64,000 bases of DNA from Akkermansiaceae bacterium UBA7890 (lineage in GTDB: Bacteria > Verrucomicrobiota > Verrucomicrobiia > Verrucomicrobiales > Akkermansiaceae), in the NCBI GenBank assembly GCA_002501065.1, contig DLRK01000196.1, positions 133,048 to 197,047 of the forward strand, in the 5' to 3' direction. This document shows, one piece after another, positions 1-7,858 of this stretch. Every line of letters begins with the position of its first letter. Position 1 is the stretch's first letter. The translations under genes were made by a program, and so were the position numbers. The notes under the pieces are model-generated. The model searched no databases and was not told the origin of the DNA. It saw only the letters and a list, made by a program, of their open reading frames with translations.

Positions 1-1111
1 CGTCCTCCAGGCTGGGATAGGCCGCCTGGAGGCCGGGTTTGACCCTGGGCCCGAAGAAGAACATCGCCCCGGCATGGCCGTGGTCGGTTCCGTTGCTGCC
101 GTTCTCCACAATGTTGCGGCTGAACTCGCTGAACGAAAACGTCAGGACCCGCTCGTCCTGCCCCTGCTGCGCCAGGTCCTTTTGAAAGGCGAAGATGGCG
201 TCGTTCAGATCGCCCAACAGCCTGTCGTGCGCTTTGCGCTGGTTGCTGTGGGTGTCGTAGCCCCCCTGGAGCGTGTAATAGATGCGTGTGTCGAGCCCGC
301 CGTTGATCAGGCCGGCGATGGAGCGCAAGTTGTTCGCCAGGCCGCTCTTGGGATATTCGACCTTGGGCTTGTAGGCACTGGCCAGACGGCGGATCTCTTC
401 GCTGCTCGCATTGGCTGCCACGGCGGTGTGGCTGAGAAAGTCGATATTCCCCTCCGGCTGGGCGACCGGCTGCTTGTGCAGTTTCTGGTAGAGGGCCTTG
501 CGGGCCGGGTCGTTCTGAGCACCCGTGTAGAGAAACGATTCCGGCCGCCGGAAGGTGATGCCGGAGTGGCGCGGACCCTTGAGGGCCGGGGGGCTCTTGT
601 CGGCTCCGACTGCCACGGACAGAATGGGTTCGGACTTCTCGGCGAATCCTCCCTCGATGGCCCGCCCGATCCAACCGTGCGGGACGTCCGGGCAGCGGCC
701 CCGCTCGTCGGCCATGTGCCAGATGTCCATGGAACTGAAATGGCTGTAGTTCGGATGGGGATACCCGACTCCCGGCAGGATGCCCAATTGCCCTTCGTCC
801 AGGAGCTCCTTGAATCCTTTCAGGCGGGGATGGAAACCCAACTCGGCGTCGAGCTTGATGATCTCGTTTTCCGGGATGCGAGTGGTCTTGCGCCCCTCCA
901 CGTAGGCCTTGTTGCCGTATGGAATCAGGGTGCTGAGGGTGTCGTTGCCACCGCTCATTTCGATGACAACAAGAATCTGGGGAGCGCTTTGAGCGGATGG
1001 CTCGGCCTGCGCGGATTGAATCAGGAAATCAGGCAGGACGGCGCTCGCTCCGATCAAACCGAGGCCCCGGTTGAGGAAGTCGCGACGGGTGGCGATGGGC
1101 TGGTGGGACAT
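1..1111 (-). CDS. DUF1501 domain-containing protein with Tat signal; 3' end runs off the left edge
   Basis: The minus frame is open from ATG (1109-1111) to base 1. My translation starts MSHQPIATRRDFLNRGLGLIGASAVLP (twin-arginine signal), continues ILVVIEMSGGNDTLSTLIPYGN and ends ...ENGSNGTDHGHAGAMFFFGPRVKPG. This parallels the GTDHGHGG core of the complete DUF1501 gene at 61792..63078. It lies 29 bp downstream of a DUF1800 gene. Track ORF 74..1153(+) is its antisense shadow. Confidence 0.85.
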   Translation of the reverse strand, partial: MSHQPIATRRDFLNRGLGLIGASAVLPDFLIQSAQAEPSAQSAPQILVVIEMSGGNDTLSTLIPYGNKAYVEGRKTTRIPENEIIKLDAELGFHPRLKGFKELLDEGQLGILPGVGYPHPNYSHFSSMDIWHMADERGRCPDVPHGWIGRAIEGGFAEKSEPILSVAVGADKSPPALKGPRHSGITFRRPESFLYTGAQNDPARKALYQKLHKQPVAQPEGNIDFLSHTAVAANASSEEIRRLASAYKPKVEYPKSGLANNLRSIAGLINGGLDTRIYYTLQGGYDTHSNQRKAHDRLLGDLNDAIFAFQKDLAQQGQDERVLTFSFSEFSRNIVENGSNGTDHGHAGAMFFFGPRVKPGLQAAYPSLED

Positions 1112-1139
1112 GGGAAATGTTCTGGTTGGTGGTTGGTTC

Positions 1140-3083
1140 TTATTGGCGGGTGATGACGGCAAGTTCGGAGCTGGGCTGGAAGCGGATCGGTGCGTTCCGA
1201 GCCAGTTGGTATTCCGGCAGGCTGACCAGGGCGACCAGCACGGCCCGGAGACGGGTGTTGATCTCGTTGCGCTTTCCGGCCCACTGCTCCGGTGGAGGCA
1301 GGGGCCCCAGATAGGCGATCAATTCCTGGCGTTTTGGTTTGCTGAGGGGAACACAGAGCAGGGCCCGGGCGAGCGAATCCACCACGACGGCGGGATCAGC
1401 GTTTCCACTCTCCTGTAACCAGGCAACGAGATCGACTGGAGCGACCAGCTTGGCCATGACGTTGTATCGCTGCAGCAGCGAGCTGGCATCAACCCAGGCG
1501 CGGCCTCCCTCCCAGCCGGCGACATTGGGCGGTTCGAGGAGCCGCTGTCCCAGATTGCTGACGGTTCCGTCGATGGACGCGAAGTCGACGTTGGTCAATT
1601 TGAGGGTGCGGATGGCGCTGATCATCAACTCCACCGGGCTCTTGATGTGGGTGCCCATCGATCGTTCGCTGAAAAACTCTTCGGATCGGAACAGATTGCG
1701 CAGCATGGGTTTCATCTCATACTGGTGGCTTCGCAGCACGTGGGCCATCTGCTCAACGGCTCCCTTGTCGGGATTGTCGTGGACAAAGAAGCGGAAGAGC
1801 TTGCCGGTGATGTAGCGGGAGGTGGCCGGTTGCTGCAGGATCAGACTCACCAGTTCGTCGCCTCCAAAGTTTCCCTTCTGGCCGAAGAGGGTCTTCTCCC
1901 CGGTATCGTGGCGGCTGGCCACAAATTTGAACTGGCCGTTGTGATACTCGAAGTTGTATCCGGTCAGCGCCCGCGCCGCTTCCGCCAGATCCTTCTCGGT
2001 GTAGCCCTGGCCCTCGCCCATGGAAAAGAGTTCCAGGATTTCCCGTCCGAGATTCTCGTTGCCCGATCCCTTGAAATTCACGTGGTTGTCCAGATAGCGG
2101 ATCATGGCCGGATCGTGGGCGATGCCGTTCAGAAGGGCGCCGAAGTTCTCCGAAGCCCGGTGGCGAAACATCTCGTTCTGCCGCCACATGGCATAGGAAT
2201 CCTCGCCCGCCAGGAAGCTGCAGGCAAAATGGCCGTGCCAGAAGAGGGCCAGTTTCTCCTGCAAGGGTCGCTTCGTCTCGGCCATGCGCCGCAACCACGC
2301 CCGGCGTAGTCGATGATGTTGATTCTGGCGGAACGAGACGCGGGATTGATTCAATTCCGCCTTTTGGGCCGCGTTGAGATGGTGCTCGTAAGGGGCGGTT
2401 CGCCGGTGGGGAAAAGCATCGAACCAACCGGCCGTTTCAGGCTGGAGGTGGTAGTCGACCAGGTAGTCCACGGCCGCAAAGAGACCCATCCTGTGTAATC
2501 GGGAGACTTCCTCGGGCGAACCTCCGAAACCGGCACGGAACAGCAGATGGCGGGCCTTCTCGTAGTTCCAGGCGCTGGCCGCCAGTGGCTTCAGTCCGCC
2601 GATGACCGCCGCCTTGGCCTGGGCGGCCCGCTCGGTGGCGCGCAGGACAGTCTCCCTGGCACTGGTCACGTCGCGCTCCCGGGCCTCCTTGTCGGCATCG
2701 GTCGCTTCCTTCGCCGCTTTCCTGGCTTTGGCGAGGGCCGCTTTGGTGCTCCTCACGGCCTTGTCGGCAGCGAAGGTCTCCTGGGCCCGCAATGCTTCGG
2801 TGGCCTTGCTGGCTGCTGCGGTCTTTTCGACCAGGGCCTTCTCTGCAGCGGCTTTCTCGGCTGCCTGGGCCTCCGCCCGGGCCTTGACTTCTGCAACGGC
2901 CTTTTCCGCGGCCGCCTGCTCCTGACGCGCCTTCTCCGCGGCAGCCCTGGCCGCCTCCAGCGGACTGGAATCAGCCTGTGCGTGGGGGGACAGGCATAGT
3001 GACAACCCAAGGGCACAGCCCAGCACGGTGGCGGACATCCCACGAAGGTTCTTGCTCGGGAAGACAGTGAGAGTCGATTTCAT
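1140..3083 (-). CDS. DUF1800 domain-containing protein with N-terminal Ala/Glu/Lys-rich coiled-coil-like extension
   Basis: 647-aa ORF with ATG start and a signal-like N-terminus (GCALGLSLCLSPHAQA). About 150 aa are low-complexity (AAEKARQEQAAAEKAVAEVKARAEAQAAEKAAAEKAL...). DUF1800-type blocks follow: LALFWHGHFACS, ELFSMGEGQGYTEKDL, TGYNF. The DUF1501 partner is immediately downstream. Confidence 0.85.
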   Translation of the reverse strand: MKSTLTVFPSKNLRGMSATVLGCALGLSLCLSPHAQADSSPLEAARAAAEKARQEQAAAEKAVAEVKARAEAQAAEKAAAEKALVEKTAAASKATEALRAQETFAADKAVRSTKAALAKARKAAKEATDADKEARERDVTSARETVLRATERAAQAKAAVIGGLKPLAASAWNYEKARHLLFRAGFGGSPEEVSRLHRMGLFAAVDYLVDYHLQPETAGWFDAFPHRRTAPYEHHLNAAQKAELNQSRVSFRQNQHHRLRRAWLRRMAETKRPLQEKLALFWHGHFACSFLAGEDSYAMWRQNEMFRHRASENFGALLNGIAHDPAMIRYLDNHVNFKGSGNENLGREILELFSMGEGQGYTEKDLAEAARALTGYNFEYHNGQFKFVASRHDTGEKTLFGQKGNFGGDELVSLILQQPATSRYITGKLFRFFVHDNPDKGAVEQMAHVLRSHQYEMKPMLRNLFRSEEFFSERSMGTHIKSPVELMISAIRTLKLTNVDFASIDGTVSNLGQRLLEPPNVAGWEGGRAWVDASSLLQRYNVMAKLVAPVDLVAWLQESGNADPAVVVDSLARALLCVPLSKPKRQELIAYLGPLPPPEQWAGKRNEINTRLRAVLVALVSLPEYQLARNAPIRFQPSSELAVITRQ

Positions 3084-3120
3084 TCAATGAATCTAAACGC
3101 TGGAGAAATCCATGACCGCA

Positions 3121-3134
3121 TTGATTCAAATCAA
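3121..3134. promoter_or_regulatory. FNR/FixK/Dnr-type box, perfect TTGATtcaaATCAA
   Basis: Perfect TTGAT-N4-ATCAA palindrome, intergenic. Its centre is 44.5 bp upstream of the DUF1800 ATG (3083, minus). On the minus strand a -10-like TAGATT ends 6 nt before that ATG, and no Shine-Dalgarno is visible. Confidence 0.65.
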
Positions 3135-3394
3135 AAGACGTGAAAATCTCCGATTCGGACAGCATCGAGGGATACGGAGTGCAAATCCGGAACAGTCCCG
3201 CGAAAGCGTCCCATCTTCCTGAAACCACGGGGCTCCCGTCCCGGTCCCAGGCGCGGTCGCTGGGGGATGGAAATCACATCAAATCACGATCGCCCGGGGC
3301 ACACATTTCGATTCGTCAACCCACGTCGCCGGGCAGTTCATGACGCTACCCGAGTGCGCCATGAATGTCTTTTTCCGGTCACTCGCCGGCATTC

Positions 3395-3670
3395 TTACTC
3401 GTGCTGGGTATGCTCATCCCGCCGGCACCAGTCCAGAAAGTCATCCCAGGATCTTTCGTCTGCTTCGGACAGGTCCTCGTGAATCGCGGCCGCGACTCTC
3501 TTCCCGGCGCCGGCGACGGCGGCCAGGATCACGGTGGTAGTCCCCGTCACGGCATCGCCGCCCGCATAGACGCGGCGGTGAGTGGTGAGGCCCTTCTCTT
3601 CCTCGACGATAGCCCTTCTCTTGCTGGCTTCGTGAGTTGCATCCGGGCAATGCCAAGCCCCTAAGCCGCT
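3395..3670 (-). pseudogene. C-terminal remnant of a GltD-like / pyridine-nucleotide-disulfide-type FAD oxidoreductase
   Basis: Hand translation of the minus frame between TGA (3671-3673) and TAA (3395-3397) gives SGLGAWHCPDATHEASKRRAIVEEEKGLTTHRRVYAGGDAVTGTTTVILAAVAGAGKRVAAAIHEDLSEADERSWDDFLDWCRRDEHTQHE. It contains the C-terminal FAD motif (VYAGGDAvtG ... AAG.RVAAAI). There is no Met/start, and only ~165 bp remain before the upstream gene, so the N-terminal ~350 aa of such an enzyme is missing. Confidence 0.4.
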
Positions 3671-3807
3671 TCACGCTTGGAACAGTTCCGGCGCGTGTGG
3701 AACGATTCACCCTGATCTGCCACACATTAATGAGGGATTGAGCCCGGAAGCTCTGGACCCAAGTCAATCACTTCCTGGAAACTGCTCTACAATTCCGCTG
3801 TCCCCAA

Positions 3808-3825
3808 CCTCCGGTTGACCGGAGG
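3808..3825 (-). terminator. Possible stem-loop downstream of the 1240-aa gene
   Basis: CCTCCGG-ttga-CCGGAGG: 7-bp perfect GC-rich stem with a 4-nt loop, 15 nt after the stop at 3840. No U-tract follows. Confidence 0.3.
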
Positions 3826-3839
3826 GGCAGGATGGCCTT

Positions 3840-6800
3840 TCACCTCCCCAGCAGATTGACGGCCCGGACGGTACGGGTGCGTTCCTCGATTTCAGGTGGC
3901 AGGTGTCCCTTGAACCAGGCCTTGGCCCGGTAGCGAAACTCATCGCCGTGGGGAAGGAACTTGAGGGGCGGGATGCCTGCCGCGAGGGGAAGTCGGTCTT
4001 GCGTGGTGGCGTGAGGGTCTTCGTGACAACCGACGCAGGACTTCATCTCACCTGGCCGCGTGTAGATCCAGGTGAGCTGGTTGCCGACCACCCGCCGGTC
4101 GCTGTCGAGGACCTGAAAGTGAACAAGCCGGTCCGCCGGTGCCTCGATGTAGAAGGAGCCATCCGGAAGAAGCGGAGCGGTTCCCAGAACGCGAGCGTGT
4201 GTCCCCCCGTGGTTCGTCCAGACCGGTCCGGTGTTGGTATGAGTACTGTGCCGTCCCACCACCGGCACGCCTTCGATCAGGCGAACAAGTTTGCCCCGCT
4301 GGGTCACTTTCTTTTCCCTGGTAGTGAATACGGAAGCACAGAGAAAGCGTCCGCTGTAGGCGCGTGGCAGGGTGCTGGCGGGCAGGACGGGCGGACGGCG
4401 CCGGGGAAGGATCGGACGGGCTTCGAACTCCGCGGCCGCCGGGTCGTTATAGAGGAGGGTGAGTGTCCTTGAAGAGGGATCGAATACATACAACCCCAGG
4501 TCAACTTCCCTGCGGTGGGGTGTTTTGAGAGTCGAAGCGCAGAGCACCCGGCCGTCAGGAAGCGGATATGGGGTGGTGTAGGAGCGCGTTGCGTTGTCGG
4601 GCGAAATGATGGTCTCACTATCTCGCCGAGGTCCAATCAGAGTGAGCCCACCCTGGGTGACGGTGATGATATTCCGGGAATCGGGCATGGGCTGGGGTTG
4701 GGTCATGCGCAGGACACGGTGAGTCAGCGGCGCTTCCTGTCCATCGGCCGGGGTGCGCGGACCGTGGTCCAGGTTCCGCCAGTAAGCCCGCCGCTCCGGA
4801 CCATAGAGGACGACGTCCTTCGTGCCGTCCGGCCGGACCGCATGCAGGGTCAGTTCGGTCTTGTTCCTCGAATAAAATACATCCAAACGGCTGAAGACGA
4901 TCCGACCGTCGGGCAGGATCGCGGGTTCGTTGTCGCGTCCGATATTGGTGGCGATCGGGCGCATGTTGCCGCCGTCGGCATCCATAACCCACAAGGCGGT
5001 GCACGGGTAGCCATGGTATTCGTCACGGATTCCACTGCGGGTGGTGGCGAAGGCGATGTGACCGTCCGGCAGGTAAACCGGCCCCACATCGTGGTAGGGG
5101 CCCTCCGTCAGTTGTTCCAATCCCGATCCATCGAGATTGATCCGAAAGAGGTGCCACCATGGATCGTCTTCACCGCGGTGGGCGAAGATCGCGTGCGAGG
5201 CATCCCACGAAAGTTCAAGGTCGCCTACGTAACCGCCATCAAAACTGGTCAGGGGGACCACTTCACCGTCCGGCCGGGCGGGTCGCAGAACATGGAGATT
5301 TCGTCCTGGCCGGTAAACCGGACCCGAGTCGGTTACGACATAGGTCTGCCTCCAACGGTCCGCCTGCTCGACCGTGCCAATGGTATTGGGAATGTTGTTG
5401 CTGCCCTTGATGAACACCACTCCATCTAAGGTGCTGGCTTCAGAATCGGGATTGCCTGTGGATCCGGGTGGGGGAGAGGGTTCAGGTTTTAGCTTCTCGC
5501 CCGGGGGCAGTTCAACGCCGTGAATGCGAAGAGCGTCCCTCGAAATGTGCCGCACACTGTGAAAGGAATGATGAGTCGCTGCTTTGCGTAGAGCAGTCAG
5601 AGCTGCTTCGTTGCCCAGGTCGCCCAACGCCTCCGCAGCGGCATGACGAATCTCCAGGACGGATTGCTCATCGTTGAGAATGCGGACAAGCAGGTCGGTG
5701 TGGCCGTGCGCATCGAGCAATCCGAGCGCCCGGATCAGTCCTTCGCGCCATCGGGGCGCCGGATCGTCGTATTCTTCGTTCTTGAATGTGGAATTGTAGC
5801 CATAGTCCGCTTCGGCCTTTGCTTCGGACAGAAGCCTGGCGATCGGATCGATGGCACGCTGGTCGCCGAGCCAGGCCAGCGTCTTGGCGGCATTGATCCG
5901 CACCCAGCCTTCTCCGTGCTGCAGGAGCTCCAGGAGCCGGGGTAGATCCTCCTTCTCGATGCAAACCGCCGGCAGCCAGCTCGCCATCCGGGAATCCTTG
6001 AAGATAGGCCAATCCACGGTCTCGTTCGATCCCGCCACCCGCCGGACCTGGCCCAGTCGCTGCATGGCATGCTCGCACGCTTCCTGCCGGAGCCCCGATT
6101 TTTTCATCAGGTAACGCGTCAGCAGATGCCCGACTTCCGGCTCGTAGAGCATGAAGGTGTCGTGGTCGCCCGGCAGATTGGCCATCAGCTGTGGGACGAT
6201 CCGGCGGAGTGCCATAAGGTCCCGGGGGGCATCCAGGGGCAACCGACAGAGTGCGTAGGCGATGGCGTAAGGGGTTTCCAACATTCGATCCTCACTCGGA
6301 AACCCCATTCTGTCGTCTTGCGGGACTCGTGCCGGATTACGGCCGTCCGGTTTCTTGGCGTAGCGGGGATAGGCGGCGAGAAGGGCGGGCACAGCCCGGT
6401 GATCCCCAAAATCCCCCAGGGCCTCCGCGGCGTGCCGGGCCCACTGCGTGTCATCCAGAAGCTGGATCAGGAACTGGAATCCGACTTCTTCCCGCAACCG
6501 CCCCAGGGCGCGGATTCCGGCCTGCATCATTGGTCCGTGGGGTTTGGCAGGTGCCCGGTTCAGACATTCAATGACCGCTTTGCTGGCCCCCCGCCCGCCC
6601 AATGCTCCCAGCGCCCGCAGGCCCCGCTCCCATCGCCATGCGGCGGCCGAGGCGATTTCATTTCCCGCATTGGGTTGGCCGTTGACTTCGATCTCGAAAA
6701 AGGTGGTGGGATAGGTCGAATTCTTCGAACCGAAGGAGGTGATGCGGATATAGCGAGCCTGGTGGGGGGGGAAGTCGATGGTCAACTTGACGGGCGATTC

Positions 6801-7562
6801 GCCCTTCCTGCGTTCAACGCGGTTGAAACTTCGATTATCGAGGCTGGTGGCCACTTCGTAGTCGGTCATCACGAACTGCGGGCCGTATTGGTGAATGACA
6901 AGATTTGCGACCTGCTCGACCCGCCCCAGATCAACGGTGCACCACTGTGGCAGAGGAACATTCTTGGTCTGCCAGTAATCGGGACCGATCAATCCGTCAC
7001 CCAGCAGCCGGGCCGGTCCACGGTAGGTTGAGGAGGCCGTGATCGTCCACGTGCTGGTTGGGGGGTTCGAGTCTTCGAGCAACTTCAGGACATCCGCTGG
7101 CGGTCGGTCGGCGGGCACTCCGGCCCACCAGTGTCGCCACAGGTTGACCTGCGCTTCGCGTTCTTCCACCGGGGCCAGGGCATTCAGTGGGAATTCCATT
7201 CCGGACAGATTGTTCAGGGCCACATGGGCCGACTGCCGGGTGACCCAATCCTCATCCTGCAGGGCGAGAAGAAGTGGGGGGATGGCCTTCCGGCTCCCGC
7301 ACCATGCCAGCGCCATCGCAGCCTCCCGTCGAACCAGTACCGATCGATCAAGCAGGCCCGAGATCAGGGGTTCCTCGGCTTCATAGGCCCGCAGGAATCC
7401 CAACCCTTCCGCCGCTCCGGCGCGGGTCCGTGGCGAGTCTGAGTCAAGTTTCGTCACCTGCTCGGCCACCTGGCGAGCGAAGGGTGATTGCATCTTCTTT
7501 TCGGCTCCGGGGCATTGTCCCACGGCCAGGCAGACCAGTAAGAGTTCGATCGAGACTTTCAT
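3840..7562 (-). CDS. HzsA-related beta-propeller c-type cytochrome, paralogue 1 of 8: HEAT repeats + F5/8 type C (discoidin) + HEAT + PD40-like propeller + single CxxCH
   Basis: 1240 aa, ATG start, signal MKVSIELLLVCLAVGQCPGA. HEAT-like repeats: SPRTRAGAAEGLGFL, VLVRREAAMALAW, DWVTRQSAHVAL, GWVRINAAKTLAWLGD, LEIRHAAAEALGDLG. Discoidin block: YWQTKNVPLPQWCTVDLGRVEQV...ARYIRITSFGS...FFEIEVNG. Propeller: INLDGSGLEQLTEGPYHDVGPVYLPDGHIAFATTR, ILPDGRIVFSR. Family haem block: GTAPLLPDGSFYIEAPADRLVHFQVLDSDRRVVGNQLTWIYTRPGEMKSCVGCHED. The protein ends ~60 aa later and lacks the second HCxxCH module. Confidence 0.8.
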   Translation of the reverse strand: MKVSIELLLVCLAVGQCPGAEKKMQSPFARQVAEQVTKLDSDSPRTRAGAAEGLGFLRAYEAEEPLISGLLDRSVLVRREAAMALAWCGSRKAIPPLLLALQDEDWVTRQSAHVALNNLSGMEFPLNALAPVEEREAQVNLWRHWWAGVPADRPPADVLKLLEDSNPPTSTWTITASSTYRGPARLLGDGLIGPDYWQTKNVPLPQWCTVDLGRVEQVANLVIHQYGPQFVMTDYEVATSLDNRSFNRVERRKGESPVKLTIDFPPHQARYIRITSFGSKNSTYPTTFFEIEVNGQPNAGNEIASAAAWRWERGLRALGALGGRGASKAVIECLNRAPAKPHGPMMQAGIRALGRLREEVGFQFLIQLLDDTQWARHAAEALGDFGDHRAVPALLAAYPRYAKKPDGRNPARVPQDDRMGFPSEDRMLETPYAIAYALCRLPLDAPRDLMALRRIVPQLMANLPGDHDTFMLYEPEVGHLLTRYLMKKSGLRQEACEHAMQRLGQVRRVAGSNETVDWPIFKDSRMASWLPAVCIEKEDLPRLLELLQHGEGWVRINAAKTLAWLGDQRAIDPIARLLSEAKAEADYGYNSTFKNEEYDDPAPRWREGLIRALGLLDAHGHTDLLVRILNDEQSVLEIRHAAAEALGDLGNEAALTALRKAATHHSFHSVRHISRDALRIHGVELPPGEKLKPEPSPPPGSTGNPDSEASTLDGVVFIKGSNNIPNTIGTVEQADRWRQTYVVTDSGPVYRPGRNLHVLRPARPDGEVVPLTSFDGGYVGDLELSWDASHAIFAHRGEDDPWWHLFRINLDGSGLEQLTEGPYHDVGPVYLPDGHIAFATTRSGIRDEYHGYPCTALWVMDADGGNMRPIATNIGRDNEPAILPDGRIVFSRLDVFYSRNKTELTLHAVRPDGTKDVVLYGPERRAYWRNLDHGPRTPADGQEAPLTHRVLRMTQPQPMPDSRNIITVTQGGLTLIGPRRDSETIISPDNATRSYTTPYPLPDGRVLCASTLKTPHRREVDLGLYVFDPSSRTLTLLYNDPAAAEFEARPILPRRRPPVLPASTLPRAYSGRFLCASVFTTREKKVTQRGKLVRLIEGVPVVGRHSTHTNTGPVWTNHGGTHARVLGTAPLLPDGSFYIEAPADRLVHFQVLDSDRRVVGNQLTWIYTRPGEMKSCVGCHEDPHATTQDRLPLAAGIPPLKFLPHGDEFRYRAKAWFKGHLPPEIEERTRTVRAVNLLGR

Positions 7563-7695
7563 GAACTGCAGACGCTCCAGCCGCTGCGGGACGCCGGGGT
7601 CACCAGGTCGTCGGTGCGCAACCGCCTCGGAGAATTGAGTCTACGTTGCGTAATGGCCGGGATCACCAGGGGTCGACCTTTGGAATGCCTAAGCT

Positions 7696-7709
7696 ATGAC
7701 CTGGATCAA
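7696..7709. promoter_or_regulatory. FNR-type box, one mismatch (aTGACctggATCAA)
   Basis: Intergenic, centre 140.5 bp upstream of ATG 7562 (minus). It matches TTGAY-N4-RTCAA except at position 1. The spacer 'ctgg' is the same as in the box at 60164. Confidence 0.35.
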
Positions 7710-7858
7710 TTTGCGATCCGGGGGCTTCGGTGATGCCTGAACACGTGATGTGCTTCCTTTGACCCGGGTGGAATTGAGACCGGCGAACCCTTCCCCAGTG
7801 TTCTGTTCTTCTGTCCCTCTGCCGGAATGCGCCCGTTCAGCAATTCGTATCCAGAGCC

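Noticed and set aside
74-1153. 359-aa plus-strand ORF at the left edge
   Set aside because: It is the antisense shadow of the DUF1501 gene. The minus frame gives a Tat signal and the GTDHGH core, whereas the plus-frame product is Ala/Gly/Val/Arg-rich with no recognisable motifs, as is typical for high-GC antisense frames.
3140-3767. Short ORFs in the 3084..3839 intergenic region (3140..3343, 3267..3482, 3340..3540, 3365..3664, 3441..3767)
   Set aside because: They overlap one another and give Arg/Ser/Pro-rich, motif-free translations. The only frame with a recognisable protein signature is the Met-less minus frame reported as an oxidoreductase remnant.
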